The notes under the pieces: model-generated
The model's database searches: none
Told to the model about the DNA's origin: nothing
What the model saw: only the letters and a program-made list of their open reading frames with translations
Source of the DNA: Acidobacteriota bacterium
GTDB lineage: Bacteria; Acidobacteriota; UBA6911; JACQSX01
Length of the DNA stretch: 64,000 nucleotides
Reading direction: 5' to 3'
Assembly: GCA_036507075.1 (NCBI GenBank)
Contig: DASXQR010000048.1
Coordinates: 13,697-77,696 of the forward strand
In this document: one piece after another, positions 48,108 to 57,724 of the stretch
How positions within the stretch are numbered: position 1 is the stretch's first letter
Layout: every line of letters begins with the position of its first letter
Position numbers and translations under genes: made by a program

Positions 48108-50651
48108 ATGAGAAAAAATTCACCGCGAAGGCGGGAACGCGCGAAGGCAACTCTTTGTGTCTTCGTGTCTTTGTGGTTTATATCCCTGGCCGCGGCCGCA
48201 CAAACTCCAAAGACTATTCCCACCCTGAAAGAGATCTTCTTCGAACCTAAATCTGTCTTCCTTTCCGGCGCCGGCGAGTCCCAGACATTGATCGTCACGG
48301 GCCGTTACTCGGACGGTTCAACGCGCGACCTGACGCGCGAGGTGAACTTCTCCTCAAACGACACATCAATTGCCGAAGTCAACTCGGCGGGGGTCGTGAC
48401 GTCCAAGGCTCCAGGCATGACTCGCGTTGTGGCGTGTCTGGATTCGACCGCTCAGGGATCACAGGCGGGCAATTCAAGTCCACTTCGCACTGCCGCCAAG
48501 GTTGGTAACGGGGCAAACCTTTCCGCTCTCGCGCTGGTGGTCATTCGAGAATTGGGAGGGCCCCGGAAACTCAGTTTCGCGAATGATATTGCGCCGATCT
48601 TCTCGCGCGCCGGCTGCAACGCCAGCGGCTGCCATGGAGCGCTCAATGGCCAGGGCGGATTCAAGCTTTCGCTTTTCGGTTATGATCCCGACGCCGATTA
48701 CCAGGCCATTGTTAAGGACAACAGCGGGCGGCGTGTAGATCTCAAATACCCCGAAGAGAGTCTGATCCTGTTGAAACCGACATTCACAATGCGCCATGGC
48801 GGGGGGCAGGTCATTACGGAGAATTCCCTGGAATACCGCGCGCTGCACGATTGGGTTGCTGCCGGAGCCCCGCAGGGCAGGACCGGAGGCCCGCGGCTGG
48901 AAAAACTGTTTGTTTATCCGAATGACCAGCGTTTCCTGACCGGACCGGACCAGAAACAGCAGTTGGTGGTAGTCGGCAAGTACAACGACGGCCGCGAAGT
49001 GGATATGACGCGCCTGGTGCGTTACAGCTCCAGCGACGAAACGGTGGCGATGGTAAGCCAGGGCGGACTGGTTCAGCCCCGGCGCAGCGGCGAAACGAAT
49101 ATCATGGTGCGCTCACTGGGGGCCGTCGGCGCGGCGCGTGTTGCCGTGGTGCTTCGTCCTCCGCTTGCAGCCCATCAAAAGATGGCGCGGAATAATTTCA
49201 TCGATGATCTGGTGCTGGAAAAGCTCGAGAAGATGCGCATCATCCCATCCGAGATTTGCACCGACAACGAGTATGTGCGCCGCGTGTACCTGGATCTGAT
49301 AGGGACGCTTCCCGCTCCGGAAGAAGTAAGGGCGTTTTTGCGTGACCGCTCCAGGGACAAAAGAACGCGTCTCATTGACGCGCTCTTCAAACGTCCCGAA
49401 TACGCCGATTTCTGGTCTCTGAAATGGGGAGATCTGCTGACCAACAGCCCGCAATTCCTTTATAACGGCACGGCCTATTTCCAATCATGGCTGAGAGACG
49501 CATTCGCACACAACATGCCTTACGACCGCTTTGTGCGTGAACTCCTGACCTCCAGCGGCGGGACCTACCAGGCGCTTCCCACAAATTTTTACGCCGCAGG
49601 CAAGAAGCCCGAAGACATGGCTACATTTACCAGCCAGGCATTTCTGGGCCTCAGTCTGGAATGTGCGCGCTGCCATGACCATCCGAGCGAAAAATGGAAG
49701 CGCGACGACTTCCTGGGTCTGGCCGCCTTCTTTTCACAGGTGAAGTTCAAGAACGGCGCGCGCAACAACGAGCGCTTTCTGTACGTCGACCCTGAAAAAG
49801 AGTTCCAGCATCCTCAGACCAAGCGGGTAATTCCGGCAAGGTTTCTCGGCGCCGGCAACGCGGATTTCCGGCCGCAAGAGGACCGCCGGGCGCGCCTGGC
49901 TGCCTGGCTCACCTCACCCTCGAACCCCTACTTTGCCCGCGCCATCACCAACAGAATCTGGCGCGAGTTGATGGGTCGGGGCATCGTCGAACCTGCGGAC
50001 GATTTCAGGATCACCAATCCTCCCACTCATGAAGTCCTGCTGGACCGGCTGGCCGCGGATTTTGTGAAAGACGGCTTCGACCTGCAGCATTTGATGAAGC
50101 GGATCCTGATGTCGAGAACTTATCAGCTCTCTTCCCGCACCAATGAAACTAATCACGATGACAAGACTGCTTACTCTCACTACCACCTGCGCCGGCTTAC
50201 AGCCGAGCAGCTTGCCGATGCCATCTCACAGGTGAGCGGAGTTCCGGAAAAGTATCCCTTTTTCTATCCCGGAAAACGCGCCATCCAGTTGCCCGATCCG
50301 ATAGTGGATTCTTACTTCCTTACGATTTTCGATCGGTCCACTCGCGAAAATGCAACCTGCACGCGCAAGCAATCGGCCAGCATGGCTCAGTCGCTCAATC
50401 TGGTCAGCGGCGAGACGATCAACGCCAAGCTGCGTCATGACAAGGGAATACTGGCGCGTTTGATTCGGGAAGGAAAGACTGACAAAGAAATCGCGGAACA
50501 CTTCTGGATTTCCACGCTGTCGCGCGCTCCAAGCAAGTCGGAGCTGAAGGCCGCACAAGAAGGGATTAGCAGGGGCCAGTCGCGGCGCGAAGGGTTGGAG
50601 GATTTTGTCTGGGCGCTACTGAACTCGAAAGAGTTCCTGTACAATCACTAG
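48108..50651 (+). CDS. Ig-like (Big_2) plus DUF1549/DUF1553 (PSD1/PSCyt-type) protein
   Basis: SF.NDI.P.F...GCNASGCHG; NNFID..V..KL; RRVYLDLIGTLP; CARCHDHP; NPPTH; WALLNSKEFLYNH. Confidence 0.88.
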   Translation: MRKNSPRRRERAKATLCVFVSLWFISLAAAAQTPKTIPTLKEIFFEPKSVFLSGAGESQTLIVTGRYSDGSTRDLTREVNFSSNDTSIAEVNSAGVVTSKAPGMTRVVACLDSTAQGSQAGNSSPLRTAAKVGNGANLSALALVVIRELGGPRKLSFANDIAPIFSRAGCNASGCHGALNGQGGFKLSLFGYDPDADYQAIVKDNSGRRVDLKYPEESLILLKPTFTMRHGGGQVITENSLEYRALHDWVAAGAPQGRTGGPRLEKLFVYPNDQRFLTGPDQKQQLVVVGKYNDGREVDMTRLVRYSSSDETVAMVSQGGLVQPRRSGETNIMVRSLGAVGAARVAVVLRPPLAAHQKMARNNFIDDLVLEKLEKMRIIPSEICTDNEYVRRVYLDLIGTLPAPEEVRAFLRDRSRDKRTRLIDALFKRPEYADFWSLKWGDLLTNSPQFLYNGTAYFQSWLRDAFAHNMPYDRFVRELLTSSGGTYQALPTNFYAAGKKPEDMATFTSQAFLGLSLECARCHDHPSEKWKRDDFLGLAAFFSQVKFKNGARNNERFLYVDPEKEFQHPQTKRVIPARFLGAGNADFRPQEDRRARLAAWLTSPSNPYFARAITNRIWRELMGRGIVEPADDFRITNPPTHEVLLDRLAADFVKDGFDLQHLMKRILMSRTYQLSSRTNETNHDDKTAYSHYHLRRLTAEQLADAISQVSGVPEKYPFFYPGKRAIQLPDPIVDSYFLTIFDRSTRENATCTRKQSASMAQSLNLVSGETINAKLRHDKGILARLIREGKTDKEIAEHFWISTLSRAPSKSELKAAQEGISRGQSRREGLEDFVWALLNSKEFLYNH

Positions 50652-50753
50652 GATGGGGCGGGACGAACCCGCAACCGAACGAAAAAGCCGTTCACGTGCA
50701 CGGTTTTTGTTTTCTTCAAGCTGGGAAGACTTTTCCAGGACGGTAGAACTGAA

Positions 50754-52082
50754 ATGGCTAAATGTGACTGCGGGCGAGTACCCAAAGAGTTGTTCGGCCG
50801 GCGTGATTTCATCCGCATCGGATCGCTGGGCATGTTCGGATTGGGATTGCGGGAATGCTTCGCCTTGAAAGCACTCGCATCCGATAATCCGGTCCACGCG
50901 ACCGCCGCTGCGTCACCGGATCGCTCGATCATCGTGGTATGGCTCAGTGGCGGTCCGCCGCAACTGGATACATTCGACATGAAACCTGATGCCCCTCGTG
51001 AAGTGCGAGGCCTGTTCCGGCCAATCTCCACCAACGTTCCCGGCATCCAGATTTGTGAGCACCTCTCCCGAACCGCCAGGGTGGCCGATAAACTTGCCAT
51101 TATCCGGTCGATGACATCGCGCGAGGCCAACCACGAGCGCGCGATTAATTACCTGCTTACCGGTTATCTTCCTTTGCAGACTCTGGAGTTTCCTTCCATC
51201 GGTTCAGTCGTTGCCAAGGAGAAGGGGCCGAGGAACGGACTTCCTCCCTATGTCGCCGTGCCAAACATATTTCCCTCTTACGGTCCCGGGTTCCTGGGCG
51301 GCGCTTACGGGCCCTTCATCGCCGGTGATCCCAATGTCACCGGTTATAGAGTTCGTGATTTGAACCTTCCCACAGACCTGGACTGGGGTCGAGTGAACAA
51401 TCGCAAGTGGCTTCTGAGCCAACTCGATGAACAGTTTCGTCGGATCGACAGCAGCGACGAATTCAAAACGGTGGATACCTTCTACGAGAAAGCGTATGAC
51501 CTGATGCGCTCCTCGGCAGCCAGGAAGGCGTTCGATATTGAGTCGGAACCCGATTCGGTCCGGAACCGCTATGGAAGAACGCCGGTGGGACAGGGATGCC
51601 TTCTGGCGCGAAGGCTCGTCGAGGCTGGTGTTCGCTTCGTCACCGTCAGCAAAGGCTGGCTCAACTGGGACACTCATGGTCAGAACTTCACCACACTGGA
51701 AAAACTGCTGTTGCCCGAGCTGGATACGGCCTATTCGGCGCTGCTTGAAGACCTGGACCAGCGTGGGTTGCTGGCATCGACGCTGGTGGTGTTGATGGGA
51801 GAATTCGGACGCACGCCGGAGGTTAATGCTGATGCCGGAAGAGACCACTGGTCAAAGGCTTTCTCGGTGGTGTTGTCGGGCGGGGGCGTCAAAGGAGGCC
51901 AGATACTGGGCGTGACCGACAGCAAAGCTGCCGAAGTGGTCAGCGATCCATACCAGGTGGAGGACCTGGTCGCAACCCTCTACGATCGCGTCGGCATCGA
52001 CTTCAACCAGGAATACCAGACGCCGATCGGCCGCCCTGTGAAACTCTCCAATGGCGGAAAAGTAATCTCGCGGCTGTTTTAG
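50754..52082 (+). CDS. DUF1501 family protein with Tat-like signal
   Basis: GRRDFIRIG; WLSGGPPQLDTFDMKP; LARRLVEAGVRFV; WDTH; GEFGRTP; GRDHW. Confidence 0.9.
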   Translation: MAKCDCGRVPKELFGRRDFIRIGSLGMFGLGLRECFALKALASDNPVHATAAASPDRSIIVVWLSGGPPQLDTFDMKPDAPREVRGLFRPISTNVPGIQICEHLSRTARVADKLAIIRSMTSREANHERAINYLLTGYLPLQTLEFPSIGSVVAKEKGPRNGLPPYVAVPNIFPSYGPGFLGGAYGPFIAGDPNVTGYRVRDLNLPTDLDWGRVNNRKWLLSQLDEQFRRIDSSDEFKTVDTFYEKAYDLMRSSAARKAFDIESEPDSVRNRYGRTPVGQGCLLARRLVEAGVRFVTVSKGWLNWDTHGQNFTTLEKLLLPELDTAYSALLEDLDQRGLLASTLVVLMGEFGRTPEVNADAGRDHWSKAFSVVLSGGGVKGGQILGVTDSKAAEVVSDPYQVEDLVATLYDRVGIDFNQEYQTPIGRPVKLSNGGKVISRLF

Positions 52083-52088
52083 ATTCGA

Positions 52089-52262
52089 ATGAAAAAATCA
52101 CTGACTTGCAACCGCTGCCGCAAGAAGTTCGTTGTCTGGGGAGAAGCGGGACGGGCGCAGGAACGCCCCCAAACCGTCACCTGTCCTCATTGCCAGGCGC
52201 CCAACCGCGTGATGTGGCCCGGCAATGCAGGCTTTCAAGTCGAACGCCCGGACCGTGGATAA
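52089..52262 (+). CDS. 57-aa zinc-ribbon protein (below the ORF-track cutoff)
   Basis: MKKSLTCNRCRKKFVVWGEAGRAQERPQTVTCPHCQAPNRVMWPGNAGFQVERPDRG; two CxxC; starts 6 nt after the DUF1501 stop. Confidence 0.65.
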   Translation: MKKSLTCNRCRKKFVVWGEAGRAQERPQTVTCPHCQAPNRVMWPGNAGFQVERPDRG

Positions 52263-52298
52263 CTCGGCGACGCTTCCAGCGGGATGATCGGCAGCGGA

Positions 52299-52364
52299 GA
52301 GACGGCCTGAGGGCCGTCTCAGCCCGGCAGTACATCGCGCCAGAGACGGCCCTCAGGCCGTCTC
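52299..52364. repeat. REP doublet (GAGACGGCC family) between convergent genes
   Basis: Units at 52299-52320 and 52343-52364. Confidence 0.85.
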
Positions 52365-52444
52365 TCCTAGTGCAGCTACGCTGCGCCAGGCCCACCCGCT
52401 TTCTGGGCGACAGCGAAAAGTTTTTTCGGCCCGTGGCTTCATTT

Positions 52445-55400
52445 TCAAAACGACAACTTCAGCGCGAACTGCATCTCGCGGTCTGACGAGCCGGCAGTGG
52501 AGATTCCAAAGCCGCTCCCTCCAAGGGCGCTCCCCGGCACGCCGAAGTGCGGCGTGTTGAAGGCGTTGAACATCTCGCATCTGAACTGCAGGCGGTATCT
52601 TTCCTTAAAACGAAAATTCCTTAAGATCGCCAGATCGAAATTCACCCAACCGGGCGAAGGCATCACCGTTCGGGGTGCATTTCCATGAGTAAAGCGCTCC
52701 GGCACCCCGAAGGCCGCGGGATCGAACCACTGAATCCCGCGCACACCGCCCGAAGCCGGATGCCCCTTTTGAGACGCCGGCAAATTCGGGCTTCCCACCA
52801 GGTTGGGACGAAGGGTTTTTCCATCCGCGTTGTCGCCCAGGATGTCGCGAGGACCGTTGTTCACCGTCACACCAAACGGGGAGCCGCTCTGCAGAGTCGC
52901 AATAGTGCTGATCGACCAGCCGCGCAGCGTCTGACCGGCAGGGCCGTTCTTCAACCAGCGCTTTCCCGGCCCAAAGGGCAGCTCAATGATGGGACTCATC
53001 ACCAGTCGCTGGCGAATGTCGTTTGTGGAAAGGGAACGTTCGGCCCTGATGTTGTAGATATTCTGGATCTGATCGTCATCGCCAAACGTGACGTCATCAC
53101 CTCCGGTGAAAACGACATTGTCTATCCATTTGGAGAGTGTGTAGGACGCGATCCAGCCGATTCCCTGGTCGAAGCGCTTCTCTGACTTGACGACCAGCGC
53201 ATGGTAATTTGAAATGCCCCAGTTGGGCGAAAGGATTTGGACCTGCGCCGTGTCCCCGGGGTACTGAGGATAGGGCCGGCGCAGCCGCGTCGGGATCTCG
53301 GTCCGTGGAAGAAGATCCGGCGGGATGTGGTTCAGATTAATATTGGGAAACGGAACTTTTCGCCCCAGGTTCCCCAGATATGTGACCTCAAACGCGATAT
53401 CCTTGTACTGGTGCGCCACGGTCAGGTTGAAATTCTGGTTGTAATTGGTGCGCCGGTTTGGATCGAGAAACTGAATCTGCTGCTGCGGCCACCGCGAGCC
53501 CAGCGAGCCGAATTCCGGAACCAAATCCGCTTCGGACGGAAACTGCAGCGAACCGGCCGGCACCCCCTCGCCCAGCGCAAAAGGGATCGGAGTGCGAAAA
53601 TTCGCCACTCCTCCAAAACCAAGGCGCAACTGCTGGATGATTTCTCTGTTGTAGGGGCTGCCGTAGAAAATTCCATAGCCGGTGCGCACCACTGTCGACT
53701 TTCCACCAAAAGGCCTCCATGCCAACCCGAAGCGAGGAGCAAAATTATTGGCATCCCAATTCACCAGATATTTGCCACGGCCGTTCCGTCCCGGGAAAGT
53801 AACAACCCCCCGGGTACCTGCAGGGATCAACTGCCCGTCGACGACCTTGCCCGCAAACGGGTGCGGAGCCTCGGGATCGAAATTATTCTGCCGGTTGCCC
53901 ACTTCGGCGACGGGAGACTCCAGCTCATAGCGAACGCCGAGATTCAATGTCAATCGCGGATGCACTTTCCAGTCATCTTGAAAAAAGCCCCCCGTGTAAT
54001 AACTTCGCTTTCCTATGCCGGCATCAATTCGCAGATTTATCGAATCAATGACGCCCAGGAGAAACGAAGCCAGCGGCAAGCCTGAATTGGGAATCACACG
54101 GTTCTGTGCATCGCGTCCCTGTGTGGGAGCGGCCTGAAAAGTGAACTGTCCGGAAGCGAACTGGCGGTTTACCTCGTTGGCATTGAAGCTCCAGTAATCC
54201 GCGCCGAAGCGCAGGTTGTGCGCGTTGTTCACCCAGTTCATGCTTCCCGTAAATTGAGTGTTGGTGAATGCCGCCAGGCGGTTCTGGTTCCCCGTGGTCC
54301 CGAAATTGGTCATCGGCACTCGCCCGGCGCCGAAATTGAAGCGTGGAAACGCATCCGGCTCCACACCCTTCAGGCCGATTGTGCCGGGGACATCCTGTCC
54401 CAAACTGATGGATTTTCGAACAATGGTCAAACGCGTCCCTCCCGCAATCAGCGTGCCCACCACCCGAGGAGAAAAGACGTGCTGAAAATTGATTGCCAGA
54501 TTTTGACGGCGGTTGGAAATATCGATCGCATCGGGATCGGCGACACCAAAACCAGGCGCCGGACCATCCGGGCTGTCATCCGGTTGCGTCAGGATATGCC
54601 GGACGAAGATCTTGGTGTTTGAAGAGAAGTCGTGATCGAAGCGAACGATGTGATAGTCACGCGTGTTGATGTTGACACTGTTCTGCTGCCAATTCCCCGC
54701 TCCCGTAATAGGATTGTTGGGAGCGCGATTAGGAAGGGGAAGATACTGAAGCGCTTTTCGCGCCACAGGATCCTGCCGGGAAGACGGAATCACATTTCCG
54801 GGGAATTGCTGCCGGGTCACTGGATCGTAAATCGGCAGTATCCCGCCGGAAACAGCCGGCGACAACTCAAACGTCGTCTGTGAAAAATTGCCGCTCCGTT
54901 CAAGCTCAGTTGGGACCCGGCGTGTCCGCACCTGCCCGCGCCGTTCACGCAGACCGTCATAGTTATAAAAGAAAAAGGAGCGGTTCTTTCGGATCGGCCC
55001 TCCCAGCGTCCCTCCGAACTGATTCCTTTTAAGAGGGGCTTTCTCATCCACACCCCAGCCCTTTGAGTCCAAAACGTCGTTGCGCAGAAACTCGTAGAGC
55101 GAGCCATGAAATTCGTTGGTGCCGGTCTTGGTTGTGGCATTGATCAATCCGGCCGACGTGCGGCCAAACTCGGCCGACATGTTATTCGCCTGAACCTTAA
55201 ACTCCTGCATCGAATCAATCGGAGGATTGGTTTCTATATTCTCAACGGCAAGCCCTCCGCGGCTGTTGAAAACACCATCGAGCATGGCCGACGCCGCCTG
55301 CGTTCGTCCTCCGGCAATGGAGACGGCGCCTCCCAACCGGAATGAAGCCGGTGTCAGGTTGACCAGGTCGAAGACATTGCGACCATTCAGCGGCAAATCA

Positions 55401-55948
55401 AGTATCTGGCGGTTTTGCACGACGTGCCCGATGGAGCTCGACTCGACGTTGATCAGCGGCGTCTCTCCTTCGACCTTGATCGCCTCGGTGATCTCTCCGA
55501 CTTCCAGACGCAGATCCACGACTACAGAGTCGCCCACATTCACCTGTAAGCGTCTGATAGTGAGTTTCTTGAACCCGGGCATCTCGGCGGTCACGCCGTA
55601 GAGGCCCGGCAGAAGTTGCGGAGCATGAAAAGAGCCGTTATCCAGGGAGATGGCTTGAAACCGGGATCCGGTTTCCTCATTCACCACCGTTATGTTGACG
55701 CCGGGGAGCACCGCGCCGCTGCTATCAGTGACTGTGCCGCTAATTGAGCCACGCTGGCCCTGGCCCAGCAGAATGGAAGGCAGGAACGGCTGCGAAACAA
55801 TGGCGCCCAAGGCAAAGAAGGCAATGAGTTCCCTCGCCTTGGCAAGCGACCTTCCAGCTTTTCCGATGATGCGGTTTGTTCCGCCGAACCAACCAATCGG
55901 TATCAGACAATTCGTCGGGGAAGGAAACAGAAAACGTTCATTTCGCAT
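52445..55948 (-). CDS. TonB-dependent receptor with N-terminal carboxypeptidase-regulatory-like domain (Acidobacteria-type)
   Basis: GSISGTVTDSSGAVLPG, LPLNGRN, SGTN-like TGTNEFHGSLYEFLRN, QDDWKV..RLTLNLG.RYE, terminal MQFALKLSF. Confidence 0.92.
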   Translation of the reverse strand: MRNERFLFPSPTNCLIPIGWFGGTNRIIGKAGRSLAKARELIAFFALGAIVSQPFLPSILLGQGQRGSISGTVTDSSGAVLPGVNITVVNEETGSRFQAISLDNGSFHAPQLLPGLYGVTAEMPGFKKLTIRRLQVNVGDSVVVDLRLEVGEITEAIKVEGETPLINVESSSIGHVVQNRQILDLPLNGRNVFDLVNLTPASFRLGGAVSIAGGRTQAASAMLDGVFNSRGGLAVENIETNPPIDSMQEFKVQANNMSAEFGRTSAGLINATTKTGTNEFHGSLYEFLRNDVLDSKGWGVDEKAPLKRNQFGGTLGGPIRKNRSFFFYNYDGLRERRGQVRTRRVPTELERSGNFSQTTFELSPAVSGGILPIYDPVTRQQFPGNVIPSSRQDPVARKALQYLPLPNRAPNNPITGAGNWQQNSVNINTRDYHIVRFDHDFSSNTKIFVRHILTQPDDSPDGPAPGFGVADPDAIDISNRRQNLAINFQHVFSPRVVGTLIAGGTRLTIVRKSISLGQDVPGTIGLKGVEPDAFPRFNFGAGRVPMTNFGTTGNQNRLAAFTNTQFTGSMNWVNNAHNLRFGADYWSFNANEVNRQFASGQFTFQAAPTQGRDAQNRVIPNSGLPLASFLLGVIDSINLRIDAGIGKRSYYTGGFFQDDWKVHPRLTLNLGVRYELESPVAEVGNRQNNFDPEAPHPFAGKVVDGQLIPAGTRGVVTFPGRNGRGKYLVNWDANNFAPRFGLAWRPFGGKSTVVRTGYGIFYGSPYNREIIQQLRLGFGGVANFRTPIPFALGEGVPAGSLQFPSEADLVPEFGSLGSRWPQQQIQFLDPNRRTNYNQNFNLTVAHQYKDIAFEVTYLGNLGRKVPFPNINLNHIPPDLLPRTEIPTRLRRPYPQYPGDTAQVQILSPNWGISNYHALVVKSEKRFDQGIGWIASYTLSKWIDNVVFTGGDDVTFGDDDQIQNIYNIRAERSLSTNDIRQRLVMSPIIELPFGPGKRWLKNGPAGQTLRGWSISTIATLQSGSPFGVTVNNGPRDILGDNADGKTLRPNLVGSPNLPASQKGHPASGGVRGIQWFDPAAFGVPERFTHGNAPRTVMPSPGWVNFDLAILRNFRFKERYRLQFRCEMFNAFNTPHFGVPGSALGGSGFGISTAGSSDREMQFALKLSF

Positions 55949-56187
55949 CCTTCACTCCTTTCGAAAGGGCGCTAATCCGGGGAGCGCGTGGGTTGCATCA
56001 TTCTACTCCCTACTCCCGCCCGGACCCAATCGTGAAACCGAGCAAAAGGACTTAACTGGAGATTTGCGTACCAACGCCAATTCTACTTGACAACTGCGTC
56101 GGCGGACGAGATAAGTCCAAATCGAGCATCCATTTGCCCAAGAGCAGACACAAATCAAAGCAGAACCGATCATGCGCGAAATGACAC

Positions 56188-57516
56188 ATGGTAGCTGAGC
56201 CGCGCCTTCCGCCGAGCGGACTTTTCTCCACCCTAAAGCAGCTTGGACCGGGAATGATTCTATCCGGTTCGATCGTGGGTTCCGGAGAACTGATCGCTAC
56301 GACCACGCTGGGGGCGCGAGTGGGCTTTGCGGCGTTGTGGCTGATCATTGCCAGCTGCCTGATCAAGGCCGTTGTCCAGGAGGAATTAGGGCGATACACC
56401 ATCATCACCGGTGAAACGACGTTCCGCGCCCTGGACAAAGTACCCGGACCGCGATGGCGCGTGTCTTGGGTGGTGTGGTGCTGGATGATCATGTTTGCCG
56501 GGGTCACATTCCAGCAGGGCGGTATCATCGGCGGCACCGCACAGGTTTTTAATATTGTATCCCCCAACATCAGCGTGCTCTCCTGGACGATTATCATTGC
56601 AGCCGTCACAGTCGTTCTGCTGACCACCGGGCGTTATCACTTTGTGGAGCTGGCAAGCACCGTTATGGTGGTCGGCTTTACGTTCATCACCATGGGGGGA
56701 GCCCTGCTGCTCGCCTGGACTCCCTATGCGGTGCGTCTGCACGATGTGACCGATGGCTTGAAGTTTCATTTTCCGACGGGAGGACTGGGGGTGGCATTCG
56801 CCGCTTTTGGGATAACCGGCGTGGGGGCAACCGAACTTATTTATTATCCGTACTGGTGCCTGGAGAAGGGCTACGCGCGCTTTACCGGCCGCAATGACCA
56901 GTCAGCGGGGTGGTTGACGAGGGCGCACGCCTGGGTCCGAATCATGCGAATCGATGTCCTGGTGGCGATGGCTGTTTACACTCTGGCCACGGTGGCATTC
57001 TATGTGCTTGGCGCCAGCGTGCTGTACGGAATCGGAAAAATACCGGCAGGCTATGACATGGTCCGTACACTTTCGAGCATCTACACTACAACCTTTGGGG
57101 AATGGGCCTTCTACTTATTTCTGCTGGGCGCCTTCTTTGTCCTGTATTCGACGATTTTTTCCGCTAATGCCTCGAATTCGCGCGTTCTAACAGATTTCCT
57201 GGAAATGATCGGTGTCATTAGAATCAAAGACGACCGCCACCGCTGGTCCTGGCAACGATCCATAATCATGGTTTTGCTTCCGCTGTACGTCTTGCTGTAT
57301 TTATTCCTGGGAGAGCCTGTATCGATGGTGATTGTCGGCGGTGTGGCTCAAGCCTGCATGCTGCCAATCATCAGTTTGTCGACGCTGTACCTGCGCTACC
57401 GGCAAATGGATCCTGCAATGCGGCCCGGATTGTTTACAGACCTGCTGTTGTGGATCTGCTCAGTGCTGATGATGGCGTTTGCAGTGTATGTGCTGGTTGT
57501 CCGGCTGAGAGGATAA
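56188..57516 (+). CDS. Nramp-superfamily divalent metal/solute transporter (MntH-like, divergent)
   Basis: LGPG.ILSGSIVGSGELI, GITGVGA.E...YPYWCLEKGY; about 11 TM. Confidence 0.8.
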   Translation: MVAEPRLPPSGLFSTLKQLGPGMILSGSIVGSGELIATTTLGARVGFAALWLIIASCLIKAVVQEELGRYTIITGETTFRALDKVPGPRWRVSWVVWCWMIMFAGVTFQQGGIIGGTAQVFNIVSPNISVLSWTIIIAAVTVVLLTTGRYHFVELASTVMVVGFTFITMGGALLLAWTPYAVRLHDVTDGLKFHFPTGGLGVAFAAFGITGVGATELIYYPYWCLEKGYARFTGRNDQSAGWLTRAHAWVRIMRIDVLVAMAVYTLATVAFYVLGASVLYGIGKIPAGYDMVRTLSSIYTTTFGEWAFYLFLLGAFFVLYSTIFSANASNSRVLTDFLEMIGVIRIKDDRHRWSWQRSIIMVLLPLYVLLYLFLGEPVSMVIVGGVAQACMLPIISLSTLYLRYRQMDPAMRPGLFTDLLLWICSVLMMAFAVYVLVVRLRG

Positions 57517-57540
57517 TCAAAAAACAATTCACCACAGAGG

Positions 57541-57664
57541 CTTAGCGCGGCGAAGCCGCAACCAAAAGTCAAGGAGGTGTCCTGCCAAGCTGAGACGGCC
57601 CTCAGGCCGTCTCTCCGCTCCCGAATAATTTGCGCAGGCCGCGAAAATTCTCATGGTTAGTAGT
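57541..57664. mobile_element. Second copy of the MITE-like element (one REP unit)
   Basis: Flanked by ACAGAGG direct repeats (57534-57540, 57665-57671); ends match 32576-32725. Confidence 0.7.
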
Positions 57665-57724
57665 ACAGAGGACACAGAGGGGCCCTGTGTTCTCTGTGTC
57701 TCTGTGTTTAACAGGATGTTTCCG

